The notes under the pieces were generated by a model. The model saw only the letters and a list, made by a program, of their open reading frames with translations, searched no databases and had not been told where the DNA came from. The position numbers were made by a program, and so were the translations under genes. From the NCBI GenBank assembly GCA_017395545.1, contig JAFPUF010000130.1, positions 435 through 64,434 of the forward strand: a DNA stretch of 64,000 nt, read 5' to 3'. Origin of the DNA: Treponema sp. (GTDB lineage: Bacteria; Spirochaetota; Spirochaetia; Treponematales; Treponemataceae). How positions within the stretch are numbered: position 1 is the first letter of the stretch; every line of letters starts with the position of its first letter. Below are positions 18,996 through 29,281 of the stretch, one piece after another.

Positions 18996-19838
18996 CTATT
19001 TATTCAGGCTGTTCAGGTACTCGCGGCTCAGGTTTTCGTGATCTTTCAGCATTGCGTATGGAACGCCGTATGCTTTTTCTACGTCGTCTCGGGTAAGGAC
19101 TTCTTCGGGAGTTCCGAGCGCCATATCCCTGTTCGGGTAGAAAAGAAGGACTGTGTCGGCGTATTTTTTTGTAAGATCAAGCTCGTGCATTGAGATGTAA
19201 ATCGTTGTGCCGGTTTTGTGAACATACTCTTTGAGGTAGGCGAGGGCTGTTTCTTTCTGGTGAGGCTCCATTGCAAAAAGCGGCTCGTCCATAAAAAGCG
19301 ACGCGCTTCCGTACAGAATGCCAAACGCAAGCAGAACCCGCTGAATTTCACCCTTGCTGAGATGGGTGAGAGCGTGACCGAGGACATCTTTAAGCTCAAA
19401 GACATCGATGACCTCAGAAAGAAGGTCTCCGCCCTCAGTCGAAGCACGGATTGCCTTTGCATTTCCTTTGAGGGCTCCGTTCTGGTAGACATAGGCTAGA
19501 AGTTCGCTAACTTTGTCTTCGGTTTCGAATTCCATATTCTGATAAATCATCGAGGCAAGGAGATTTTTTTGTTCTTCAGGAAGACTTGCGGGATTCTGCC
19601 CAAGAAGTGTGACTGTTCCGTTCTGCGGGGTGAGACGGCCGCTCGCAAGAAGCATCAGGGTTGATTTTCCGCAGCCGTTCTGACCGACAAAGCTCACGAA
19701 ACCTTTCGGAAGTTTTGCTGAAAAATGCTCGAAAACCGGTTTCGGCTCAATCTGTTTTCCGTTTTCGTCAAGGTCACCTTCAACGGCCGGGTAGGTAAAA
19801 GTTATATCGTTAAATTCAAGAAAATCTGTGTTATTCAT
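18996..19838 (-). CDS. ABC transporter ATP-binding protein (no adjacent cognate permease)
   Basis: Walker A GQNGCGKS, signature variant LSKGE, Walker B LFMDEP, H-loop SMHE. Confidence 0.85.
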   Translation of the reverse strand: MNNTDFLEFNDITFTYPAVEGDLDENGKQIEPKPVFEHFSAKLPKGFVSFVGQNGCGKSTLMLLASGRLTPQNGTVTLLGQNPASLPEEQKNLLASMIYQNMEFETEDKVSELLAYVYQNGALKGNAKAIRASTEGGDLLSEVIDVFELKDVLGHALTHLSKGEIQRVLLAFGILYGSASLFMDEPLFAMEPHQKETALAYLKEYVHKTGTTIYISMHELDLTKKYADTVLLFYPNRDMALGTPEEVLTRDDVEKAYGVPYAMLKDHENLSREYLNSLNK

Positions 19839-19931
19839 AGTTGTAAGATAATATATAAACGGAAAAATGAAAATGGAAAAATGAAAATTGCTAGTGGAAA
19901 GATGAGAAATTTGTTAAAATCTAAAAATCGT

Positions 19932-21083
19932 ATGAAAAATAATGATTCGGGCGCCACCGCCACAAGTGGCGGTCGGGTGTTCCGAGGCTCGCTAACGCTC
20001 GGTGCTTCGCACTTGCTTCGCAACCTCTCCATACCCTGGCGCTTGTTTAAATCACGGTTTCCTCTTGCTTCTTTCATCACTGCACGCATAATCACGATGC
20101 TTGTGATTCTTTTTATTCTGGGCTGGGCTCTTTTCGGTCTTATGGCTCTTGCTCCGGGCGACATCGTTGACCAGATGATGCAGCAGCAGCTTATGAGCCA
20201 GACCGAGAGTGGCGGTGGTGCGGACAGGGACAACGTTTTTTCTGAGGAACAGCTTGCAAGAATGAGGGCTGAGATGGGACTCGATAAGCCTTTTACGGTG
20301 CAGTATTTCCGCTGGCTTGAGCGGGTTGTCATTCATCACGATCTGGGAGTCTCGCTCATTTCAAAAGCCCCGGTTTCATTCCTGATAAAAAGTCGTATCA
20401 TCAATTCTCTGATTCTGAACCTGATTTCCCTTGTATTCATTACGATTTTTTCTTTTATTCTGGGCGTTTATTTTTCGAGCAAGGCAGGAACCCGCACTGA
20501 TCTGGCGGCCACATTCTTCGCTCTGTTTTTCCATGCATTCCCGGGGATTCTCCTTCTGATTCTTCTTCAGCTTTTTGCTTCCGTTACGGGGCTTTTCCCT
20601 GTCACAGCTTACCCGGATTTTCCTCTTTCAGAAGCGCCCGTAAAATTCGTATTTTCGTACACTTATCATATTTTCCTTCCGCTTCTGGCTTCTTTCCTCG
20701 GCGGAATCGGCGGAACTATGCGCATGATTCGCTCGACTATGCTTGATCAGATGGGGCTTCCTTACATCATGGCTCTCCGTGCCCGTGGAATCAGCGAACG
20801 GCGTGTCTATCTCAACCACGCTTTCAGAAACACGCTCAATCCGTATATTACGGGAAGCGCAAATCTTCTCGCAAGTCTTTTCTCAGGAAGCCTTGTCCTT
20901 GAAATCATCTTCTCCTACCCGGGAATCGGCCGCCTTATGTATGATGCCGTTATGCAGCAGGATGTCAACCTCGTCCTTGCGAACAATATGTTTATCTCGG
21001 CTCTGGTTTTGCTCGGCATGACAATCAGCGATATTCTTCTGGCGCTTGTAGACCCGAGAATCCGCTACGGAAAGGAAGGTTAA
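19932..21083 (+). CDS. Peptide/nickel ABC transporter permease (DppB/OppB-like); start uncertain (ATG 19932 or TTG 20043)
   Basis: LAPGD, GLDKP..VQYFRW, DLGVS, EAA-like ALRARGISE, EIIFSYPGIG. Confidence 0.88.
   Translation: MKNNDSGATATSGGRVFRGSLTLGASHLLRNLSIPWRLFKSRFPLASFITARIITMLVILFILGWALFGLMALAPGDIVDQMMQQQLMSQTESGGGADRDNVFSEEQLARMRAEMGLDKPFTVQYFRWLERVVIHHDLGVSLISKAPVSFLIKSRIINSLILNLISLVFITIFSFILGVYFSSKAGTRTDLAATFFALFFHAFPGILLLILLQLFASVTGLFPVTAYPDFPLSEAPVKFVFSYTYHIFLPLLASFLGGIGGTMRMIRSTMLDQMGLPYIMALRARGISERRVYLNHAFRNTLNPYITGSANLLASLFSGSLVLEIIFSYPGIGRLMYDAVMQQDVNLVLANNMFISALVLLGMTISDILLALVDPRIRYGKEG
19949..20042 (+). repeat. Structured element family A (Flavo-1-like), at the 5' end of the permease gene
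   Basis: GGGCG-hairpin(accgccac/gtggcggt)-CGGGTGTTCCG...CGCTAACG...GCTTCGC x2...CCATACCCTGGCGC. Confidence 0.55.
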
Positions 21084-21088
21084 ATCAG

Positions 21089-23164
21089 ATGAAACGTCTT
21101 TTTCAATATTTAAAAACCCGTCCTCTGGCAATCATCTCAGTCGCAGTTCTTGCGCTTCTCTATCTTTTTATGATTTTTGCCCCTTTCATCTCGCCTTACA
21201 CGCCCACGAAAATCTTTGAGGAAGACACTTTTCATCCGTCGAACATCGAAATCACTTCGCGCGGCCTTGTTGCCCGGGAATACCGTGTCTTAAATCCTGT
21301 CACATGGAGATACGCAAAAGTAAAGGGTGAGCGCTTCCACCACAAAATAAAATTTTTCGTAAAAGGCGAGGAATATAAGATTTTTGGTTTGATTCCAAGT
21401 TCACGACATCTTTTTGGAACAGAAGCTGACCCCCAAACAGGCGAAGTCTACCCGGTCTTTTTGTTCGGCTCTGACAACCTCGGGCGAGACCTTTTTTCCC
21501 GCATGGTTTACGGAAGCAGAATTTCCCTTACAATCGGCTTTGTAGCGAGTGCGATTTCCCTTGTACTTGCGATTCTTCTCGGAGGCTTGGCGGGCTATTA
21601 CGGCGGAAAGACTGACTGGCTCGTAATGCGTTTCTCCGAGTTCTTCATGCTTATTCCGGGGCTTTACTTGATTTTGTTTTTGCGCTCGCTTCTTAACAGC
21701 AAAATGGACTCCGGCACGAGCTACATGATTATCACCGTGATTCTCTCGCTCGTCGGCTGGCCGGGCAGTGCACGCACCCTTCGTGGCATGGTTCACTCAA
21801 TCAAGCGGGAGGAATTCGTCCTTGATGCAGGGCTTGAGGGCGTTCCTTCCACAATCATAATTTTCGTTCATATCATTCCGCAAATCACGAGCCTTCTTAT
21901 CGTAAGCACAACGCTCGCAATTCCGGGCTTTATTATGAGCGAGACAACGCTTTCCTACCTCGGGCTAGGAATTGCCGACCCTGCCGTAAGCTGGGGAAGC
22001 CTGATTAACCGTGACATCTCAACTCTCTCGAACCTCAAGAATTTCCCCTGGCTTCTTACCCCGGTCTGGCTTTTGCTTGCGGTCACGTTGGCCTTTAACT
22101 TTCTGGGCGACGCTTTGCGGGATTATTTCGACCCCTACCATGTGATTTTTCCGACTTGGAGAAAAAAGAAAACCACAGATTCCACAGATGACACAGATTA
22201 TAATTCTAATGTCCCTAGCACATTCCTTTCTGTTCAAAATCTCCGTGTCTCGTTTGCGGTCTTGCGAGGCTCCAGTCAGACCATGATTCAATCTGTTCGT
22301 GGAGTTTCGTTCTCGATGGAGCGGGGCGAAATTCTTGGTATCGTCGGTGAGTCTGGCAGCGGAAAATCCGTCACAACTACGGCTATTCCTGCCTTGCATC
22401 CGTCTAACGCCACCGTCGAAGGGAAAATCTTCTTTGACGGAAAAGAACTTACTTCTCTCAGCCAGAAAGAGATGCGTGCCTACCGTGGCAAAAAAATCGG
22501 TCTTATTTTTCAGGAGCCGGGGCGCAGTTTTGACCCGCTTCAGAATATCGGCTCCGTTTTCTTTGAGACCTTCCGTAATTCTTACCCCGAAATCTCAAGA
22601 GAAGAAGCAGACAAAAAAACAATCGCCCTCCTAGATGAAGTTGGGCTTCCTGACCCTCAAAGCCGCTTAAAGAATTTTCCGCATCAGTTCTCGGGCGGTC
22701 AGCTTCAGAGAATCTCAATCGCACTTTCTCTTGCACAGGGCTGTGAGCTTTTGATTGCCGACGAGCCGACAACTGCCCTTGATGTCACGATTCAGGCTCA
22801 GATTGTCACTCTTCTTGCAAATCTCCGTAAAAGCCGAAAACTCTCGATTATTTTCATTAGCCACAACATCGACCTTGTGGCTTCTCTTTGCGATAACATA
22901 ATCGTTATGTACGGAGGCCTCATCATGGAAAAAGGCACGAGCGAGGAGATTATGAAGTGCGCAAAGCACCCCTACACACAGGCGCTTCTTGCTTCAAGCC
23001 CCCGATTCGGCACTCACTATTCAACGCAAAAGCTGGTCTCAATACCGGGACGAGTTACAGATCCAGCCCATCCGGAGCCTGGCTGTCCTTTCGCACCACG
23101 ATGTCAGTATGCGAAAGAAGAATGCCGTAAACCGGGTAATGAATGTTATATGTGTCATGATTGA
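21089..23164 (+). CDS. Fused peptide ABC permease + ATPase (DppC-DppD)
   Basis: GSDNLGRD...GSRISL permease half; GESGSGKS, FPHQFSGGQLQR, DEPTTALD, HPYT, GCPFAPRC ATPase half. Confidence 0.92.
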   Translation: MKRLFQYLKTRPLAIISVAVLALLYLFMIFAPFISPYTPTKIFEEDTFHPSNIEITSRGLVAREYRVLNPVTWRYAKVKGERFHHKIKFFVKGEEYKIFGLIPSSRHLFGTEADPQTGEVYPVFLFGSDNLGRDLFSRMVYGSRISLTIGFVASAISLVLAILLGGLAGYYGGKTDWLVMRFSEFFMLIPGLYLILFLRSLLNSKMDSGTSYMIITVILSLVGWPGSARTLRGMVHSIKREEFVLDAGLEGVPSTIIIFVHIIPQITSLLIVSTTLAIPGFIMSETTLSYLGLGIADPAVSWGSLINRDISTLSNLKNFPWLLTPVWLLLAVTLAFNFLGDALRDYFDPYHVIFPTWRKKKTTDSTDDTDYNSNVPSTFLSVQNLRVSFAVLRGSSQTMIQSVRGVSFSMERGEILGIVGESGSGKSVTTTAIPALHPSNATVEGKIFFDGKELTSLSQKEMRAYRGKKIGLIFQEPGRSFDPLQNIGSVFFETFRNSYPEISREEADKKTIALLDEVGLPDPQSRLKNFPHQFSGGQLQRISIALSLAQGCELLIADEPTTALDVTIQAQIVTLLANLRKSRKLSIIFISHNIDLVASLCDNIIVMYGGLIMEKGTSEEIMKCAKHPYTQALLASSPRFGTHYSTQKLVSIPGRVTDPAHPEPGCPFAPRCQYAKEECRKPGNECYMCHD
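22171..22200 (+). repeat. Repeat family C (ACCACAGATT.CACAGAT) in-frame in the DppC-DppD linker
   Basis: aaccacagattccacagatgacacagatta encodes TTDSTDDTD; matches intergenic copies at 29282 and 56191. Confidence 0.6.
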
Positions 23165-23195
23165 AAAAGAAAAATTGTAAGATTAAAATAATATT

Positions 23196-26105
23196 ATGAT
23201 TTTCAGAAAACTTTTCTCCTTTGTTTTTTCTTTTCTTTTGCTTCTTCCTGCTTTTTCTTTGGGCGGAGCCCTGGCTGATTCTTCTTCCCCGCTTCATGTA
23301 ATCCAGACTCAGTATTTTGACATTATTTTCCCGGAGGAATGCCGGGAGTCTGCCACAAAAATTGAGGCGGTCTGTGATGATTATTATCTTGAAATCACTA
23401 AACTTCTTGAAACGGAGCCTTATCAGCGATTCCCCGTCACAATCACGCGTTCTCTTGAAGTTCTGAATGCATATTATGCGGCTATTCCTTACAACCGTAT
23501 TGTCCTGTACGACACAATCCCTGAAGAAAGCCTTGATATGTATGAGGATACTATTCAGTCGGTTTTTTATCACGAGCTCACGCACGCAGTCACCTACAAC
23601 ATGAAAGGAAAAGCACTTCGGAAACTTTCATTTTTTGCTGACGCACTGAACCCGGCCTGGCTTTCTGTCGCTACTTTCTGGGCGGAGGGCGCGACCGTCT
23701 CTTTTGAAAGCCGGAAAGCCGGCGGGCGCCTCAACGACCCGTTCTCAACGCAAATCGTAAATCAGGCAAAAATTGAGGGAAATTTCCCTTCATGGCGGGA
23801 TGTAACAGGAACACGCGACACTTACCCCGGCGGAAACGACGCCTACATTTTCGGAAGCATGTTCGCTTCATATCTTCAGGAAAAATACGGAATGAGCAGG
23901 TATGCCGACTTCTGGAAAAATGCATGCTCGACTCTGACACCGCGTTTTATTGCGAGCGTCTTTGAAAAAACTTATGACAACAAATCTGTTTCTGAAGAAT
24001 GGGAAGAATTTGAAAAAACTCTGGACGTTCCTCACAAAAAAAAAGATGCTAAGCTCTTCTCGCACAAAAAATCAAGGGTAACTGCTTTTGACGTGTTCAA
24101 TTCTGAAGAGGGGGAGACAAAAATCGCATATTTCGATACGGCCTCCTCATCACTCAGACTTCTGACCATAAAAAAAGACGGTAAAATCAAAAATAAAAAA
24201 CTTCTGGCGATAAACGGCCTTACAAGAGTGAGTTTTTCTCCAGACGGAAACAAACTTGCCCTCAGCCGGAACATCGACAAAAAGAATTACAAATGCGTAA
24301 TTGCAGAATATGACATCAAAAAAGGCAGGTACACTGAGCATGGTCTGAATGAGATTCGTGACGCCTTTTTTGTTTTAAAAGACGAAAAAGAAGAACTTTG
24401 CGGAGTTCAGTTTGAGGGCAGCCGGGCAAGGGCAAACTCAGTTCCGCTTCGAAAAGCCTGTGAAATTCCATTCTCTCCGGTTCCTGTCGCAGAAAATCTC
24501 AGTGCCGCAATCATAAAAGACGGCCTCAACTGGAAAATAAGGCTCTTCGGAAAAGAAATTCTTTCTGATTTTGTTATAGACGCGCAAACAGAAGAAAAGC
24601 CTGACTCTTCCGGAGAATCTGCGGCGGCTAAAAAAACTTTGATTCTCCACAACCTTCATACTGTCAGTTCATGTTCAAACTCAATATTTCTTTCTTTCAC
24701 CTGGGCAGCTCTGGGTGAGGGCGGAAAAATGCTTTCGAGGGCAGGATTTTTGAAAATCGACAGGGCCACCATGAACGGCTCGGCATTCCTTCAGAAAGAA
24801 AACAGTTTCGCAGGATTTCTGGACGCAGTTCCTGAGAAAAAAGCTGCAGAAATTTTCAGTCATGAGAATGAATGTGATGAAAGCGAATCTTTCGCGCTTT
24901 TTGTGACAGCCGCAGAATACGACAAAACTCCGCTTTACAGTGTTCTCCTGAATGCCGTTGATTTTGAGAAAGTGACTGTAAAAACTAGTGACGCGGAAGA
25001 AAATCGGGAACTCAATCCACAAGACGGGCTCACCGCTGGAAACGGCGTAAAGCTTCAGCCGGAGTTTGCTATAAAAAAACACCCGGAGACCGCTTACTCT
25101 TCTTTGAATTACTACAGACGCGGAGTTCTTTTGCCAGGCCTTGGCTATGTTCCTGTCTATAATTTTGAATTTGAACAGGATTCAACGACTGTTCCGGGCC
25201 TTACCTTTATTTCTACGAACCCGTGGGGTGACAAAAGAATCAGTTTTGCCGCCGGCTATGATTATTATTATCAGAAATACGGAATGGAGCTCGGCTTTTC
25301 CGGCGGGGATGACAGTTTTCAGTACGCTTTAAGCGGCACGGCAGTTTTTGACAAAAACGGCTTTATGCAGACGGCGGACACGCTTTCTGTTGCAAAGAGT
25401 CTTTGGAGCGGAAAAATTTCTTCCCTTACGGCTGGCGCTCAGGGGCAGTTTTTTTACGGAAAACAGATTATAGACGAAGAATTTGAGGATAATACGGACG
25501 AATCGACCGGAAAAAGTGCGGATGCCCTTGCATACGTTCAGTTCTCGAACCTTCATAAGATTTCTCCGAAGCCGTATAACTATTTCGGCCTCGCCCTGAA
25601 ACCTTTTGTGCTTGGTTCGTACAGAACTTCGGAAACTGTCCCTGATTCAGACAAGTACCTGAATGCGGGCCTTCAGACGACGTTCCGCTTCCCGGTTTTC
25701 TTCCCGGTAATTGTTACCGGAACTCTCTTTCCGTCAAGAAACGATGCCGTAAAAGCAAATGCGACGGCAATTCTTTTTGACTGGGAGATTCACAAGGGAA
25801 TTCCGGCAGTTTCGCTCTTCGTTCAGCGTTTCGTTGTCAGTGCCGGATATACAGGCAAAATCGCATATTCTTATGAAGAATTGTGGGATGTAAAGCGCTC
25901 GAAAGAAATTTTTGAAAATGTGAAGAAAAGTGATTATTCAGATGTGATTAGTCTTTCGGCAGAATTCCACCTTTCGCCGAACACAGGATTCCTCGCTAAC
26001 GGCGACATCCAGTTCTCGTTAGGCTACGCCCTTTTATACCGCCCCAACCCGAAACCAAGTGAGAACCGGGTCGGATACGGCATAACAGTTTCAGCGAATT
26101 ATTAG
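23196..26105 (+). CDS. Exported protein with N-terminal gluzincin-like motif, propeller-like middle and probable C-terminal beta-barrel
   Basis: Signal peptide; FYHELTH...WAEG; FSPDGNKLA; amphipathic C-terminal strands ending YGITVSANY. Confidence 0.65.
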   Translation: MIFRKLFSFVFSFLLLLPAFSLGGALADSSSPLHVIQTQYFDIIFPEECRESATKIEAVCDDYYLEITKLLETEPYQRFPVTITRSLEVLNAYYAAIPYNRIVLYDTIPEESLDMYEDTIQSVFYHELTHAVTYNMKGKALRKLSFFADALNPAWLSVATFWAEGATVSFESRKAGGRLNDPFSTQIVNQAKIEGNFPSWRDVTGTRDTYPGGNDAYIFGSMFASYLQEKYGMSRYADFWKNACSTLTPRFIASVFEKTYDNKSVSEEWEEFEKTLDVPHKKKDAKLFSHKKSRVTAFDVFNSEEGETKIAYFDTASSSLRLLTIKKDGKIKNKKLLAINGLTRVSFSPDGNKLALSRNIDKKNYKCVIAEYDIKKGRYTEHGLNEIRDAFFVLKDEKEELCGVQFEGSRARANSVPLRKACEIPFSPVPVAENLSAAIIKDGLNWKIRLFGKEILSDFVIDAQTEEKPDSSGESAAAKKTLILHNLHTVSSCSNSIFLSFTWAALGEGGKMLSRAGFLKIDRATMNGSAFLQKENSFAGFLDAVPEKKAAEIFSHENECDESESFALFVTAAEYDKTPLYSVLLNAVDFEKVTVKTSDAEENRELNPQDGLTAGNGVKLQPEFAIKKHPETAYSSLNYYRRGVLLPGLGYVPVYNFEFEQDSTTVPGLTFISTNPWGDKRISFAAGYDYYYQKYGMELGFSGGDDSFQYALSGTAVFDKNGFMQTADTLSVAKSLWSGKISSLTAGAQGQFFYGKQIIDEEFEDNTDESTGKSADALAYVQFSNLHKISPKPYNYFGLALKPFVLGSYRTSETVPDSDKYLNAGLQTTFRFPVFFPVIVTGTLFPSRNDAVKANATAILFDWEIHKGIPAVSLFVQRFVVSAGYTGKIAYSYEELWDVKRSKEIFENVKKSDYSDVISLSAEFHLSPNTGFLANGDIQFSLGYALLYRPNPKPSENRVGYGITVSANY

Positions 26106-26518
26106 TCTTTTGTGACAAGCAGTGCGCACAAGATAATTGTGTGCATTGCGAAATCGTAGAGCCATGAAAGGAAATTGTTTGCGCCGCCGCTCAAAAGACC
26201 GCCTTTTCCAAGGAAGTCAGCGAGAACGATTGCAACTGCCCAGACGATAACTACGATGAGTTTTAAGACTGAGCCGAAAGTTCCCATTCTGTCGCCGATG
26301 AAAAGCTGCAGGATGATGAAAATTCCCGAAAGAAGTTCGATTACGCCGAAAACGACTGCAAGAATTTTTGCGATGTCTCCGCTAAATACGGATTTGATTG
26401 CCTGGCAGCCGAAGTCTCCGCCACCCTGCAAAGCCCAGATTCCGCCGACAGCGAGCATTGCGCCCACTGCGATGTTGAGAACGACCCAGAAAAGCTGTAC
26501 GTTCGATTTTTTAGACAT
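26102..26518 (-). CDS. Hypothetical 4-TM membrane protein
   Basis: AAGGAGG RBS; hydrophobic segments. Confidence 0.75.
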   Translation of the reverse strand: MSKKSNVQLFWVVLNIAVGAMLAVGGIWALQGGGDFGCQAIKSVFSGDIAKILAVVFGVIELLSGIFIILQLFIGDRMGTFGSVLKLIVVIVWAVAIVLADFLGKGGLLSGGANNFLSWLYDFAMHTIILCALLVTKD

Positions 26519-26687
26519 AAAGTCCTCCTTTTATGATAAGAAAAATGTAGTATAGAAAGTCAGGATTTGCAATATACAAGAAATCTAAGTAAATTCTTAG
26601 AGAGTTAAAATAAACTTGAAATATGATTTTTTAAGTGCTATAAATTTAATTATTTTTGTTCACAATACTATCACACGAGGCAATCTT

Positions 26688-28781
26688 ATGAAAATCAATT
26701 TTCACAGTTTACAGTTCAGGCTAATGGCAATGGTTATTGCAATTGCCGCGATTTCAAACATCACCCTGGCTATCGTTGCTAAAAATCTTTCAACGACAAC
26801 AATTACGAACACAGTTCACCAGCTGATGGAATCCGTAACTGACAGTGCAGCCGGTAAAGTAAAGGGAGAGGTCGAAAAAACAATCCGAATGACAGATGCC
26901 GTTGCCGCAATCGATTTTGTCCGTGATCCGGATGTTCCGCTTCTTGAAAAATGTGAGCGTCTTCGTGCCCTGGCAAAAGTCAGCGAAGATTATGAAAACG
27001 TTTCTTTTTATGATGTCGGAGGAAATTCCTTCACGGCGGGCGGGGATCCGATTTGTTTTCCAGAGCGCATTTACATCAAGGAATCGTTAAAGGGAAACCG
27101 ATACCAGATGGATCCTGCGGTGAGCCCTGCAACAGGAATATTTTTGCAGCAGTATTCTTCTCCGGTTTACGATTTGTATGATTCAGGCAAAATCATTGGA
27201 GTTGCGGTCACAAACCTTTACGGAGAATCTCTTTCTACAAAGCTTAAGGATGTTCATTTCGGAAATCAGTCAGATGTTTTTGTAATAAGCCGTAAAAGCG
27301 GAAGGACTGTCGCTGCAAGGGACGTAAAGAGAGTCTATGATGATTCAAGCGCTTTTGAAACGGCAGAACCTTCAATGCAGAAAATCATGAACGGGTTAAA
27401 AACAGGCGAAACAAACGGCGGATCATTTATCGACGCCCAGACAGGAATAAAAATGGTTGCTGCTTACTGCCCTGTCCCGGGAACGGAGTGGTCAGTTCTT
27501 GGTGTTACAGCCTACAATGATTTCTATGCAGGTCTTTTCAAAATGATTCACATAATGATTATTATTCTGGTTTTTATTCTGATTGTTGCTTTCTTTGCCA
27601 GCGGTATTCTTGTCGGAACTTCATTAAAACCGCTTCTTGTCGTCAAAGGTGCAATCACTGATATCGCAACCGGAGACGCTGACCTTACACGAAGAATCAA
27701 ATCCAGTTCAAAAGATGAAATAGGTGACGTCGTAAAAGGATTCAATGAATTCTCTGGAAAATTGCAGGATATTATTGGTGATGTAAAATCTTCAAAAGAC
27801 GAACTTATGGTTGCCGGCGAAAACCTTTCCGGGGCAACGCAGGATACAAGTTCATCTATCACGGAGATTATCGCAAACATTGACTCCATGAAGCGTCAGA
27901 TAGACAATCAGAATCAGTCTGTAAGTCAGACCGCAGGCGCCGTAAACGAAATTGCTTCTAACATTGAGTCTCTTGAGCGGATGATAGAAAGCCAGTCTTC
28001 AGGCGTAACTCAGGCAAGTGCCGCTGTCGAAGAGATGATAGGTAATATTTCGAGTGTAAATGCTTCGATGGAAAAAATGGCACGTTCATTCAGTGAGCTG
28101 CGTTCAAATTCTCAGACCGGCATTACAAAACAGAAAGCTGTTAATGACAGAATTACTGAAATTGAAGGCCAGTCAGAAATGCTTCAGGAAGCGAACGTTG
28201 CGATTGCGGCGATAGCAAGCCAGACAAACCTTCTTGCAATGAACGCTGCAATCGAGGCGGCTCATGCAGGCGAAGCAGGTAAAGGTTTTGCTGTTGTCGC
28301 AGACGAAATCCGAAAACTCTCAGAAACTTCTTCGGCTCAGTCAAAGACAATCGGTGATCAGCTTACAAATATCAAGGAATCAATCAACTCAGTTGTCAGT
28401 GCATCCGGAGAGTCGGCTGTCGCATTCGAGGCAGTTTCACGAAAACTCGAAGAAACTGATGCCCTTGTAATGCAGATTCGTGCCGCTATGGAAGAGCAGA
28501 ATGAAGGAAGCCATCAGATTACAGAAGCCCTTCACTCAATGAATGATTCTACTGTTGAAGTACGGAACGCTTCAAACGAAATGGCAGAAGGAAACAAAAT
28601 GATTTTGAAGGAAGTCCAGATTCTTCAGAATGCTGCAATGGCTATGAGTCAGAGCATGGAAGAAATGGGAATCGGCGCCCGCAAAATCAACGAGACTGGA
28701 GCTGCCTTGAGTGAAGTTTCAGGTCAGATTAGCGGCTCAATCAACAAGATTGGCGAGCAGGTTGACAAATTCAAAGTATAA
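26688..28781 (+). CDS. Methyl-accepting chemotaxis protein (Cache + HAMP)
   Basis: TM-Cache-TM-HAMP (DLTRRI..SKDEIG), [42 protein letters not shown]-17-TATAAA promoter and GAGG RBS support ATG 26688. Confidence 0.95.
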   Translation: MKINFHSLQFRLMAMVIAIAAISNITLAIVAKNLSTTTITNTVHQLMESVTDSAAGKVKGEVEKTIRMTDAVAAIDFVRDPDVPLLEKCERLRALAKVSEDYENVSFYDVGGNSFTAGGDPICFPERIYIKESLKGNRYQMDPAVSPATGIFLQQYSSPVYDLYDSGKIIGVAVTNLYGESLSTKLKDVHFGNQSDVFVISRKSGRTVAARDVKRVYDDSSAFETAEPSMQKIMNGLKTGETNGGSFIDAQTGIKMVAAYCPVPGTEWSVLGVTAYNDFYAGLFKMIHIMIIILVFILIVAFFASGILVGTSLKPLLVVKGAITDIATGDADLTRRIKSSSKDEIGDVVKGFNEFSGKLQDIIGDVKSSKDELMVAGENLSGATQDTSSSITEIIANIDSMKRQIDNQNQSVSQTAGAVNEIASNIESLERMIESQSSGVTQASAAVEEMIGNISSVNASMEKMARSFSELRSNSQTGITKQKAVNDRITEIEGQSEMLQEANVAIAAIASQTNLLAMNAAIEAAHAGEAGKGFAVVADEIRKLSETSSAQSKTIGDQLTNIKESINSVVSASGESAVAFEAVSRKLEETDALVMQIRAAMEEQNEGSHQITEALHSMNDSTVEVRNASNEMAEGNKMILKEVQILQNAAMAMSQSMEEMGIGARKINETGAALSEVSGQISGSINKIGEQVDKFKV

Positions 28782-28786
28782 ATCTA

Positions 28787-28825
28787 CGGGTAATTTATAA
28801 ATTACCCGGTTTATAAATTACCCGG
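28787..28825. terminator. 22-bp perfect palindrome plus 16-bp tandem duplication at a convergent gene junction (possible bidirectional terminator)
   Basis: cgggtaatttataaattacccg; TTTATAAATTACCCGG occurs twice. Confidence 0.45.
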
Positions 28826-29259
28826 AAAACTTCGCAGACGATTTTTGTGTCTTCACGGAAGTTAAAGCCGCAGATATCCGCTTCATCCTGAATCTGCTCA
28901 CGCATTTTGTCCTGCCATTCCGTCAGGTTTTCGTTTTCACCGTCTTTCCGGGCAAGTCCCCACGGAATTTCACAGAACGGAATTATATTTACGTCAGTCA
29001 GTTCGATAATGCACGATGGTTCCCCTTCTGAGTTAAGGACGACATAGACTTCTTCTGAAAGGGGAAGGGGTTCCATATTGATTTCAAACGACTCGTAAGG
29101 GCGGAACATCGCAGTTTTTGCGCCTGAAAGAACAAGGGCGAGCTGTTCATGCCCCGTAAGGCCAGTGTCCTCAAAGGAAAGCTCGCCTGAAAAAACAGAC
29201 TCTTCTTTTGTTTTGCCGCTTTCTTTAAGGTAGTTTTCCCAGAATTCCTGTACTGTCAT
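28795..29259 (-). CDS. ASCH domain protein
   Basis: LVLSGAKTA, VVLNSEGEPSCIIE, ARKDGE, VCEVFRV. Confidence 0.85.
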   Translation of the reverse strand: MTVQEFWENYLKESGKTKEESVFSGELSFEDTGLTGHEQLALVLSGAKTAMFRPYESFEINMEPLPLSEEVYVVLNSEGEPSCIIELTDVNIIPFCEIPWGLARKDGENENLTEWQDKMREQIQDEADICGFNFREDTKIVCEVFRVIYKPGNL

Positions 29260-29281
29260 AAAATTACTCCGTAAAAAAATA

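Noticed and set aside
19861-19890. (GGAAAAATGAAAAT)x2 low-complexity repeat
   Set aside because: Short degenerate purine-rich repeat with no supportable function.
8664-26105. Three convergent gene pairs overlapping by 4 nt at their stops (8664, 17164, 26102)
   Set aside because: Common in compact genomes; no evidence of a special mechanism.
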